This document shows positions 1 to 10,700 of a stretch of DNA of 64,000 nt, piece by piece; the first letter of the stretch is position 1, and the number at the start of each line of letters is the position of its first letter. The stretch is from Macrostomum lignano. Taxonomy: Eukaryota. The DNA lies in assembly GCA_002269645.1 (NCBI GenBank), contig NIVC01000839.1:124001-188000 (forward strand), written 5' to 3'. Position numbers and translations under genes: made by a program. Below the pieces are notes generated by a model. It ran no database searches. It had not been told where the DNA came from and worked only from the letters and a program-made list of their open reading frames with translations.

Positions 1-30
1 ATGAGTGCAGGTGTAATCAATTATGCTCAC

Positions 31-555
31 CCAGTCAAGAGCTCCCAGGCCGCCAATGGAGACGCTCAGGCTGCCCAGACTGTGCAGGCGGACCTCGCGC
101 AGGACGGGGCTGGCGCCGGAAACTCCCAGATCGTGGGTGACGCGGAGGAAAGCGCGGAAATTCTTCAGAGTGGCTTTGATGCTAGCTGTGACCTTGATGC
201 CGCTCCAGGACACGCGAGCTCTCAGGGTGCCTCCGACGTTGGCCCCGAAGAGGCCCTGCAGGGTGAGCACGGTGCCAGACTGGCTCAGCGAGGCGTCGCC
301 AGCGCGCCTCACGGTGGACAGATCGCCCAGCTGGCCGTTGATGGAGGCGGAGCCCTTGATCCTGATGAAGCCGACCTTCTTGCTGAAGCCAACCTTCTTG
401 TCCAGCACGCTGACCATGTGGGTGTTGGTGTCGCGCAGGTTCTGGGTGAGGCTCTGGAGCAGGGTGTCCATCTGCTGATTGGCCAGGATCACGTTGCCGT
501 GGGCGGGGCCGGACAGAGCCAGGGCCAGAGTGGCGATGGTTAGCAGGTGCAGCAT
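31..555 (-). CDS. Group 7 mite allergen (Der p 7)-like secreted lipid-binding protein, paralog 1, exon 1 (3' exon lies outside the window)
   Basis: Minus-strand frame from ATG at 555: MLHLLTIATLALALSGPAHGNVILANQQMD...GDLSTVRRAGDASLS...SIGGLGALDW, then donor gtgagc at 30. It has a signal peptide, aligns end to end with the 4942 paralog and shares its intron position. RxGDA and IGGLxxLD match Der p 7 segments as I recall them. Missing from the ORF track because no stop occurs inside the window. Confidence 0.75.
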
Positions 556-755
556 GGCGGCTGAAGTTTGAATGTAAAAATTTGGGGGTTTTGCAGCTGG
601 AATTGGTCGTCCTGATGGTCCCAATTCTGCACATTCCGTTGACTCCTGAGCATACAAGCGAGTCAATATACTGCACGCAGGCACAGCACTCATGCACACG
701 CTCACACAAGGTGTACAGCTGCCCTTTGACCTTCTAATCGTTAGACATGTACACT

Positions 756-1364
756 CAGGGGCGTCGCCATAGATTTTACGGTGGGGGGGCACAAAACCAA
801 TAATTCTAAATGTACATGTAAAAGCGGCGCTGTCAGCGCTTATTTTGGCGCCGCAGGCACTCATTTTAGCGCGGCACGCACTGATTTTAGCGCCGCAGGC
901 ACTCATTTTCCCGCGGCACGCACTGATTTTAGCGCGGCACGCACTGATTTTAGCGCGGCACCCACTGATTTTAGCGCGGCACGCACTGATTTTAGCGCCG
1001 CACGCACTCATTTTGGCGCCGCAGGCACTCATTTTGGCGCGGCACGTACTGATTTTAGCGCCGCAGGCACTCATTTTAGCGCCGCACGCACTCATTTTGG
1101 CGCCGCAGGCACTCATTTTGGCGCCGCAGGCACTCATTTTGGCGCCACAGGCACTCATTTTAGCGCCGCAGACACTCATTTTGGCGCCGCAGACACTTAT
1201 TTTGGCGCCGCAGGTGCTATATTTTGTCACCCTAAAGCAAAACTGAGTTCCATAACGGGTCACAAGGTTGGGTTGGGGGTGCAAATCACTGGCATGTCCC
1301 CCAATAGCTTTTACTGGGGGGGGGGAGCATGTCCCCCTTGTTCTCCCTGGTGGCGACACCCCTG
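756..1364. mobile_element. Non-autonomous hAT-type element (MITE) with internal 21-bp minisatellite
   Basis: Terminal inverted repeats CAGGGGCGTCGCCA (756) and TGGCGACACCCCTG (ending 1364), flanked by the identical 8-mer TGTACACT at 748-755 and 1365-1372. An 8-bp target-site duplication is diagnostic of hAT elements. Confidence 0.8.
838..1215. repeat. 21-bp minisatellite (gcgccgcaggcactcatttta) inside the MITE
   Basis: Visible tandem units; explains ORFs 781..1566 and 845..1246. Confidence 0.9.
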
Positions 1365-2157
1365 TGTACACTCCCTGTCTTGTGCTTTGACCTTCATGGA
1401 TGTTGACCGAGCAGGGAATCGAACCCGGAGTGTTTTACTGTTTAGCTGCTCTGCTCTGATGAAGCCATGCAGAGTTAAGGTGAAGCTGGAAACATTCCAA
1501 AACATATTGATGATAGCTGAAAATCAGATCAACTTACCAACTAAGTTAGCTGTGAGTTTACCTTAATGCTTAGCGTGATTTATTTCCTTGCAAATCAGTT
1601 TTCTCTGCGACCTGACACGTCACATTTAAATACATTTTTGATAGAGAAAACTTATCTGTCAAATTAGTGACAGGTGTAGTGACAGGCAAAATTTATGACA
1701 TATACCAGCTCGATGCCTGTAGTCTGTAGATTGCAGATTTTTGTCGCAGCAATCAACCGCGATGAGAATTTACCAGTTGTTCCCACAGATTAACAGGCGT
1801 TTTAAATATTTGACATTACGCGTGCCACTTGAAAAACGGATAAGTTATTTCTGTGGCCGCTGGCTTCAGCATGACAACCCAGAATTTTGACCGACATTTT
1901 TCGAGCAAGTTTTATGAGGCGAAATATGCATGATATAGCCTGTTATATTTTAGTGACAGGCGATTGTGACTTTGGTTTTAATTAGGGTATTTATGCAAGA
2001 ACCACTTCCACTGAATCGGCTCAATTAAATATCTTGTAGTCTGAATATTAAATCTGACTTTGTTTAAAATTGAAGGCAGAATAGTTATTTATTATTTATA
2101 TAAACCATTGATTAAATGGTTTATTATTATTATTTGATTAGACCTGCACCAACGGTT

Positions 2158-2408
2158 ACATGTGCAACCGACAGCTCAGCCGCAGCTTTTGAGCGGTTCA
2201 GTCGATAGAATGGCCGGGGTGGGGGGGGGGGTCGTCACACACAGCCTCAATTACTCCAGCTAATGCTGGCACCCATTTTACAGCTGGGTGAACTGAAGCA
2301 ATGCAGAGTTAAGTGTCTTCCTCAAGGACACAAATTGTTCCGAGTGGGTCGAGAATCGAACCCCCGACCGTTCAGTCGTGAGCCCGACGCTCTGACCACT
2401 GGACTACG
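2158..2408 (-). mobile_element. tRNA-derived CORE-type SINE, copy 1
   Basis: The minus strand shows an A-box-like TAGTCCAGTGG and a B-box GGTTCGATTC, followed by tgtgtccttgaggaagacacttaac...cagttcacccagctgtaaaatggg, which resembles the MIR/CORE domain. Confidence 0.7.
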
Positions 2409-2779
2409 TAAACACCTTTGTAGCCTTTTTCGAACGAAGCACATGCCTACTTCTTTTGTAATTTGGATTTTCAGAAAGTGAAATATTAAGAATTTAGTGC
2501 TACAAAACAGAGTAGCTTAATAGGACAACACGATGTTAACTTTGTTTTACAATACAAATATCCAATTGCTACTCGTGTAATTAATTAATCAATCAAGTAA
2601 TCGCGATGTCTTTTATGACTATACACCAGTTAAAGTTAAGATTATGCGCTACTGTGCATTAATTGCATCACAACTGTTTGTTCGCACTTGTGGCGGATAA
2701 TGCGTACTATATGTACTTTTAAATCTGCAGTCGCAATCATGAATTGGTGAATGAAGATTGAAGCTATTTTGCTTGCAGA

Positions 2780-3025
2780 ATGAGAATCTGCTGGTTGCAG
2801 AATGAGGACCTGTTGTTCGCAGAAGGAGTACCTGTTGGTTGCAAAATGAAGGTCACTGGTTGCAGAATGAATACCTGTTGGTTGCAGAATAAGTACCTGT
2901 TGGTTGCAGAATGAGTACCTGTTGGTTGCGAAATAAATACCTATCGGTTGCAGATTGAGTACCTGTTGGTTGCAGAATGAATACCTGTTGGTTGCAGAAT
3001 GAGTACCTGTTGGTTGCAGAATGAG
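2780..3025. repeat. 22-bp minisatellite (gagtacctgttggttgcagaat)
   Basis: Visible tandem units. Confidence 0.85.
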
Positions 3026-3639
3026 TGCACGATTACGAGCTATCTGTTGTTTGAAAAGTTAGACTGTGAGCAAAACGTTTAGCAAAATAAATTATAAATG
3101 AAACAGGTGTAAGAAATATATGAATATTTCGATTGTAAATTTAGAGTTGGCATGAATAACGAAAAAGATTCATATTGGCAGTAAGTTTCTGTTCTGAAAT
3201 ACGCTATGGCTACGCAGTGCAAAAGGCCACATCGCCAATAGAGAATGATAAGAACCCAGCTCAAAGAAGCCAAACGGACCATATTGCTTTAATCCATATG
3301 ACGCTTTCCCAGCAACTAAAAGTAATTTTAATGCAAGTCTACCAACTGATGCAGCTGATAAAAGCGTGTAACGCGCAACAGACAGGTGAACAGATTAGGG
3401 ACTTTTTAAAAGTACATTATATTTTTTTCATAGGATTTGTTCAACAATAAAAGCTTGCGCAAAGTTTTTAATAACTAGAAATCTTAGCAAGCGGATTAAT
3501 ACGAGGTGGAACTTAAATTTTAATTTGTTTCAGGGAGCTGAACCAAGGTAACTGAGACACGTGCACTAACATCAGACACAGACAGGCTTGCACATATTGA
3601 CACCACAAGACAAGATACAGACACTAAATACAAGGACAC

Positions 3640-4885
3640 GGAAACAGACATCTAGACACCAATGACAGCCAGACACTTCAAGACACACATCTAGACACCA
3701 ATGACAGCCAGACACTTCAAGACACACATCTAGACACCAAGGACAGCCAGACACCTCAAGACAGACATCTAGACAACAAGGACAGCCAGACACTTCAAGA
3801 CAGACATCTAGACACCAAGGACAACCAGACACTTCGACACACCTAGACACCAATGACAGCCAGACACTTCAAGACAGACATCTAGACAACCAAGGACAGC
3901 CAAACACTTTGTTCGACACATCTAGACACCAAGGACAGCCAGACTCTTCGATACATCTAGACACCAAGGACAGCCAGACACTTCAAGACACACATCTAGA
4001 CACCAAGGACACACATCTAGACACCAAAGACAGCCAGACACCTCAAGACAGACATCTAGACACTTCAAGACACACATCTAGACACCAAGGACAACCAGAC
4101 ACTTCGACACATCTAGACACCAATGACAGCCAGACACCTCAAGACAGACATCTAGACACCAAGGACAGCCAGACACTTTGTTCGACACATCTAGACACCA
4201 AGGACAGCCAGACTCTTCGACACATCTAGACACCAAGGACAGCCAGACACTTTGTTCGACACATCTAGACACCAAGGACACACATCTAGACACCAAAGAC
4301 AGCCAGACACCTCAAGACAGACATCTAGACACCAGGGACAGCCAGACACTTTGTTCGACACATCTAGACACCAAGGACAGCCAGACACTTTGTTCGACAC
4401 ATCTAGACACCAAGGACAGCCAGGCACTTCAAGACAGACATCTAGACACCAAGGACAGCCAGACACTTCAAGACAGACATCTAGACACCAAGGACAGCCA
4501 GACACTTCAAGACAGACATCTAGACACCAAGGACAGCCAGACACTTCAAGACAGACATCTAGACACCAAGGACAGCCAGACACTTCAAGACAGACATCTA
4601 GACACCAAGGACAGCCAGACACTTCAAGACAGACATCTAGACACCAAGGACAGCCAGACACTTCAAGACAGACATCTAGACACCAAGGACAGCCAGACAC
4701 TTCAAGACAGACATCTAGACACCAAGGACAGCCAGACACTTCAAGACAGACATCTAGACAACCAAGGACAACCAGACACTTCAAGACAGACATCTAGACA
4801 CCAAGGACAACCAGACACTTCGACACATCTAGACACCAATGACAGCCAGACACTTCAAGACAGACATCTAGACAACCAAGGACAG
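3640..4885. repeat. About 39-bp minisatellite (gacacttcaagacagacatctagacaccaaggacagcca)
   Basis: Visible tandem units; source of the repetitive ORFs at 3572-4957. Confidence 0.9.
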
Positions 4886-4941
4886 ACTGAAAAGGCAATT
4901 AAAAGTACAAATTTTTGTTCAACCTCTCCACTTCAGCCGAA

Positions 4942-6438
4942 ATGCTGCATCTTCTAGTCATAGCTAGTCTGTGCTTGACTTCGCTGGCCGGGCCAGCCCA
5001 GCACAGCAGCCCGCAGATTCAGGCCAACCAACAGATGGACGCCATCATCAGAGTCCTGACTAAGACTCTAAAAGAGACCAACAATCACATAGTGAACGTC
5101 GTTGACGAGAAGATCAGCTTCAGCAAGAAGGTCCTGCTCGTGACCATCACTGGCTCCGCTTCGATCTTCGGCCAGTTGGGCGACCTGTCAACTCTTCGCC
5201 GAGTTGGCGACGCCCATCTGTCGCTGTCTGGCCGCGTCATGACCCTCCAAGGCGTGTTCGGAGCCGACATCGGAGGCAACCTGAAGGCCGCGGTGTCCTG
5301 GAACGGCATCGATGTGGCCGCCGGCGTGGGCGTCACGCTGAAAGACTTCCGAGCCTTCATGCGGGCGACTCAAAATCTGGGTTCCCCAGGTTCGATTCCT
5401 GATTTGCAGGAGGTTCGACTGCAGAGCATTGGTGCCCTGAGCCTGTCTATCCTCGGATTGGGCGTGCTGGAATGGGTGAGCTAACAGGACGGCCGGAGAT
5501 TGAAGGTCACTGGGCTTTGAGACAGGCGGCGACATCAAAGAGCCCAGATGATTAGTAGGTCAGGCGGAAACATCAAAAGAGTTCAGATGAATATGATTAA
5601 GCCAGGCGAAAACATCAAAGAACACAGATTAAACTAGGCGGCAACATCAAAGAGCACAGATGATTAAGCTAGGCGGCAGCATCAGAGTTCAGATGATTAT
5701 AGCTAAGCTAGGCGGCAGCATCAGAGTTCAGATGATTATAGCTAAGCTAGGCGGCAACATCAAAGAGCACAGATGATTAGGCTAGGCGGCAGCATCAGAG
5801 TTCAGATGATTATAGCTAAGCTAGGCGGCAACATCAAAGAGTTCAGATGATTATAGCTAAGCTAGGCGGCCACATCAAAGAGTTCAGATGATTATAGCTA
5901 AGCTAGGCGGCAACATCAAAGAGTTCAGATGATTATAGCTAAGCTAGGCGGCCATATCAAAGAGTTCAGGTGATTATAGCTAAGCTAGGCGGCCATATCA
6001 AAGAGTTCAGGTGATTATAGCTAAGTTAGGCGGCCACATCAAAGAGTTCAGATGATTATAGCTAAGCTATAGGCGGCAACATCAAAGAGTTCAGATGATT
6101 ATAGCTAAGCTAGGCGGCAACATCAGAGTTCAGATGATTATAGCTAAGCTATAGGCGGCAACATCAAAGAGTTCAGATGATTATACGCTCGTAATTAGGA
6201 TAGGCGGCAACATCAAAGAGTTCAGATGACTATAATTTAGCTAGGCGGCAACTTCAACGATCACTAAAATTTGCATCAATATTACTCTCAACGCATATCC
6301 CCATCGACTCCGCAGGTGTTCGGACCAATCAGCAACGCTATGCTGGACATCCTAATCAAGGTGATGGATAGCTGGGTCGGCACGCAGCTATTTAACATCT
6401 TGAAAACTGTACTTCGGCTAATTGGTCAGTTGGGCTGA
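4942..6438 (+). CDS. Group 7 mite allergen (Der p 7)-like secreted protein, paralog 2 (2 exons, 218 aa)
   Basis: join(4942..5475,6316..6438). Signal peptide MLHLLVIASLCLTSLAGP; GDLSTLRRVGDAHLS; ...GLGVLEW|gtgagc...cgcag|VFGPISNAMLDILIKVMDSWVGTQLFNILKTVLRLIGQLG*. Phase-0 intron. Length and C-terminal amphipathic helix fit the Der p 7 family. Confidence 0.8.
5530..6250. repeat. About 41-bp minisatellite filling the intron of paralog 2
   Basis: Units gctaggcggcaacatcaaagagttcagatgattatagctaa. Confidence 0.9.
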
Positions 6439-7059
6439 TCTGGCAAATCAAATAATGATTCGAAATGAGGTTTATTGTCCAACAAATTAAATAGGAACTT
6501 TTCTGAGTGTAATGCGAAATAAAAAATTAAGCTTGGGCAATTGAAATCAAGCATTTTGACTTCTTTATTATTTATTTATTTGTTTAATTTTGCTATTAAC
6601 GCTTGCTAAAGCAGACAATTTAACGATAATTATCACAGATTTCTTGGCAGAAAGTACATCAATAATTATCGTTATAAATACGTATAAATATTATAGAAAG
6701 CATGACAAACCAGATCAGCAACAGAAAACCAAGAAAAAGCACAGAGAGAAGCCAATAGAAGATTACTTACCTAGAAAATAAATGGTGCAAAACAGTATAA
6801 TTATTGGGAATATTCTTCTTTTCCTCAACATACTACTTTAGGCAAGTAGCTTTGACGCCAGCATTAAAGAGCAAAAATATTTTATTTAAAAGTTTAACAA
6901 ATAAAGTGTGAGCAACACAGCGTGTTGTTGCAAGGAAAACCATTGAAATTTGTGGAATGCACTGATTTTTTATTGAGGAGTTCTGGACGGAGTTTGAGTT
7001 AATAAAATTAATAAGCAGGAAAACAGCGCAATGAAAACCAACATCAAAGAATTTATGCA

Positions 7060-7410
7060 TTGGGGAATCTTGCATAGGGAAACAAATTCATTGAGTAACC
7101 TGCTTAACTGGGGAAATTCAAAATTGGGGCATCTTAAATTGGGAAATCCTTGAAACCGAATAATTCTACAATGGAGAATCCCCATATTGGGAATCCTCAA
7201 TTTGGAATCCCTAACTCTTGAGTCCTAAATTGGTCTTAAACTGGGAAATCCCTAAATTGGGGAATCCCTAAACGGAAAAATCCTAAAACTAGGGAATTCT
7301 TAATAGGGGAATCCCTAACTCTGGGTTCCTATATTGGGGAATCCCTAAACTGGAAAATCCCTTCTAGGAAATCTCTTTAGGTGAATTCCTAAAATTCGGA
7401 ATCATTCAGA
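7060..7410. repeat. Degenerate short repeat region rich in GGGAATCCC/GGGAAATCC
   Basis: Recurrent ggggaatcccta-like units. Confidence 0.6.
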
Positions 7411-7737
7411 GAATTCTATAAAAGCACAAGTTTAAAACAAACCACACGCACAAGCAAACAGAAATAGTAAAAAATTAACTCAAGTAGAAAAGGCTATTAA
7501 GAAAACACGAACAGAAATCTTAAAGACACAATTTATTAGGGCATGCAAAACAAAGCAAAACGCTTTTAAAGTTGTTCTCATATTTTTCAACGAAGTCATT
7601 AGGCAGCCTTATGCGCTAAAAAAAAAACAAACAAAGCAAGAAAGAAAGAGATAAACAAAAACAAACAACTGGATCTAAGGCAAATGATGATATAAACCCG
7701 AATCTTAGACGCCAACTAAGTTCAGTTTGTTCTCAAA

Positions 7738-10700
7738 TTAACGAGGCTTCTTATTAGTTGAACCGGTACCGCGGAGGCTAAGACTGGCCGACGGTGAGGT
7801 CATTTCGGCGTCCCGAGGGGTCAGCGGCACCACAACCAGGTCCATGCTGACGTCGACGGCCTCGCCTGTCGCAGCCTGAATGAGTGATTTGTGAAGATTA
7901 GGGTTGGTGAAGCTTAGGGTTGGTGAAGATTGGGGTTGGTGAAGCTCAGGGTTGGTGAAATGTAGGGTTGGTGAAACTTAGGGTTGGTGAAGCTTAGGGT
8001 TGGTGAAGCTTAGGGTTGGTGAAACTTAGGGTTGGTGAAGCTTAGGGTTGGTGAAGATTAGGGTTGGTGAAGATTAGGATTTGTGAAGATTAGAGTTGGT
8101 GGAGCTTAGGATTGGTGAAGATTAGGGTTGGTGAAGATTAGGGTTGGGATTGGCGAAGATTAGGGTTGGTGATGAAGAATAGGGTTAGTGAAGCTTAGGG
8201 TTGGTGAAGCTTAGGGTTGGTGAAGCTTAGGATTGGTGAAGATTAGGGTTGGTGAAGATTAGGGTTGGGATTGGTGAAGATTAGGGTTGTTGATGAAGAA
8301 TAGGATTAGTGAAGAATAGGGTTGGTGAAAAGTAGGGTTGGTGAAGTTTAGGGTTGGTGATGAAGAATAGGATTGGTGAAAAGTAGGGTTGGTGAAGTTT
8401 AGGGTTGGTGATGAAGATTAGGATTGGTGAAGCTTAGGGTTGGCGAAGATTAGGGTTGGTGAAACTTAGGGTTGGTGAAACTTAGGGTTGGTGAAACTTA
8501 GGGTTGGTGAAGATTAGGGTTGGGATTGGCGAAGATTAGGGTTGGTGATGAAGAATAGGGTTAGTGAAGAATAGGGTTGGTGAAGTTTAGGGTTGGTGAT
8601 GAAGATTAGGATTGGTGAAGCTTAGGGTTGGCGAAGATTAGGGTTGGTGAAGCTCAGGGTTGGTGAAATGTAGGGTTGGTGAAGCTTAGGATTGGTGAAA
8701 CTTCTGGTTTGTGAAGTTATATGTTAACACACTTACCCTTTTATAATCTAGCATAGCCTCTTTGAAAGCGACAAAGTCTGTTATAGTGAATAGCATTTCG
8801 AATACTTCGCCTTCTAGTTGGTCTTTTCGCTCTCTATAAAATAAAATTGATACGATTGATGTTATTACTAATATATATCCTACTTCCTACTATATATACA
8901 TAATTAACAGAAACAAGTGGAGATTCAATTTACGTCAACTCGTGAGCGAAACGTTCCATTGAAAAGTCCTCAATTCGTTGGCTTAATTCCGTTTCCAGAT
9001 GGCGTTCAAGGGTCGCCACCTGTGTAAAAATTATCAGTCAATAATTTTTAAATGTTGATAATGTTATTAAAATATTCAAAATGAAGAAAAAACACGGGAC
9101 TCTTACATATTCAGCGTGTATATTAGTGTACTCAAGCTGGTTCTCCTCAGACTCTGAGAATAGGTGACTGTAATTGCTAAAGAAGCTGTTCTGGAGCTCT
9201 TGAAATGCGTCCTCTGTAAGGGAAGCGGTTGATTCATATTTAGCTATTTTCTATAGGACAAGAGGCAAGATTGTTACTGCTGTTTATGACCGATTGTCGC
9301 TGCTGTTTATGACCGATTGTCGCTGCTGTTTATGACCGATTGTCGCTGCTGTTTATGACCGATTGTGATGCTGTTTATGACCGATTGTGATGCTGTTTAT
9401 GACCGATTGTGATGCTGTTTATGACCGATTGTCGCTGCAGTTTATGACCAATTGTCACTGCTGTTTATGACCGATTGTGATGCTGTTTATGACCGATTGT
9501 TATTGCTGTTTATGACCGATTGTTATTGCTGTTTATGACCGATTGTTATTGCTGTTTATGACCGATTGTGGCTGCTGTTTATGACCGATTGTCACTGCTG
9601 TTTATGACCGATTGTTATTGCTGTTTATGACCGATTGTCGCTGCTGTTTATGACCGATTGTGATGCTGTTTATGACCGATTGTCGCTGCAGTTTATGACC
9701 AATTGTCACTGCTGTTTATGACCGATTGTTATTGCTGTTTATGACCGATTGTTATTGCTGTTTATGACCGATTGTCGCTGCTGTTTATGACCGATTGTGA
9801 TGCTGTTTATGACCGATTGTCGCTGCAGTTTATGACCGATTGTTATTGCTGTTTATGACCGATTGTTATTGCTGTTTATGACCGATTGTCGCTGCTGTTT
9901 ATGACCGATTGTGATGCTGTTTATGACCGATTGTCGCTGCAGTTTATGACCAATTGTCACTGCTGTTTATGACCGATTGTTATTGCTGTTTATGACCGAT
10001 TGTTATTGCTGTTTATGACCGATTGTCGCTGCTGTTTATGACCGATTGTGATGCTGTTTATGACCGATTGTTACTGTTGTTAATGACGGATTGTTACTGC
10101 TTTTTATGACCAATTGTTACTGCCATTTATTACCGATTGTGATGCTGTTTATGTGCGATTGTTATTGCTGTTTATGACCGACTTTTATTGCTTTTTATGC
10201 ATTAGTTTGAAAACTATTTTATTACAATTTATGAAGATATTTCACTGAACAGTGAATAAATAATTCATTTACTTACCAACCATAATGTCTTCAATGTGGC
10301 CAATGGCCTCATCAAATAAACTAACTGGTGCATGGGATTGAATGTCAATATCATCTTCGTCGCCAATAAAATCCACTTGGTCTAGCAGTGATGATCCATC
10401 TATATTGAAGGGTGTTGGGTTTTTTTAAAGGATTACTAATTAAAAAAGGCATTTGGATAACAAACAAGCAAATCAAGGAAATAAAAAGAAGTTATGCACA
10501 TAAAGTCTGGAGTATAAAGCCTATTTTAACAATACTATAGCAAATATTGCAACTACCATATACTTATCTACTTTGGTGCAATGGCTATAACTTTCTATTA
10601 AATATCTGTAGTAGATCAATGCCAAGCACAACGTATCCTAATATACAGTGGTAACAATATGGAATATTGCTATATTGCTATAGTCATTATCATTTAAGGC

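Larger units (their letters stand above)
640..1430 (-). mobile_element. SINE-like dispersed repeat, family 2, copy interrupted by a hAT MITE
   Basis: Shares gcacgcaggcacagcactcatgcacacgctcacac...gtgtacagctgccc...catgtacac with copies near 23.3, 27.6, 30.9, 40.3, 46.0 and 48.6 kb. B-box-like GGGTTCGATTCC on the minus strand near 1414-1425. Confidence 0.55.

Noticed and set aside
1-709. ORFs 1..543 (+), 23..478 (+) and 182..709 (-)
   Set aside because: They are antisense or off-frame shadows of the real minus-strand exon 31..555.
1450-1500. Possible hammerhead ribozyme (CTGATGA...GAA) next to the SINE-like element, by analogy with schistosome Sm-alpha repeats
   Set aside because: Stem II does not pair properly and the conserved GAAA is GAAG; stems I and III are not evident.
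3572-4957. Long repetitive ORFs (DSQTLQDRHLDTK and similar)
   Set aside because: Translations of a 39-bp minisatellite that are open in several frames on both strands, with no splice or domain support.
7893-8712. Interstitial telomere or chromosome-fusion scar
   Set aside because: TTAGGG occurs once per 16-bp unit rather than as (TTAGGG)n, and the array lies inside an intact intron.
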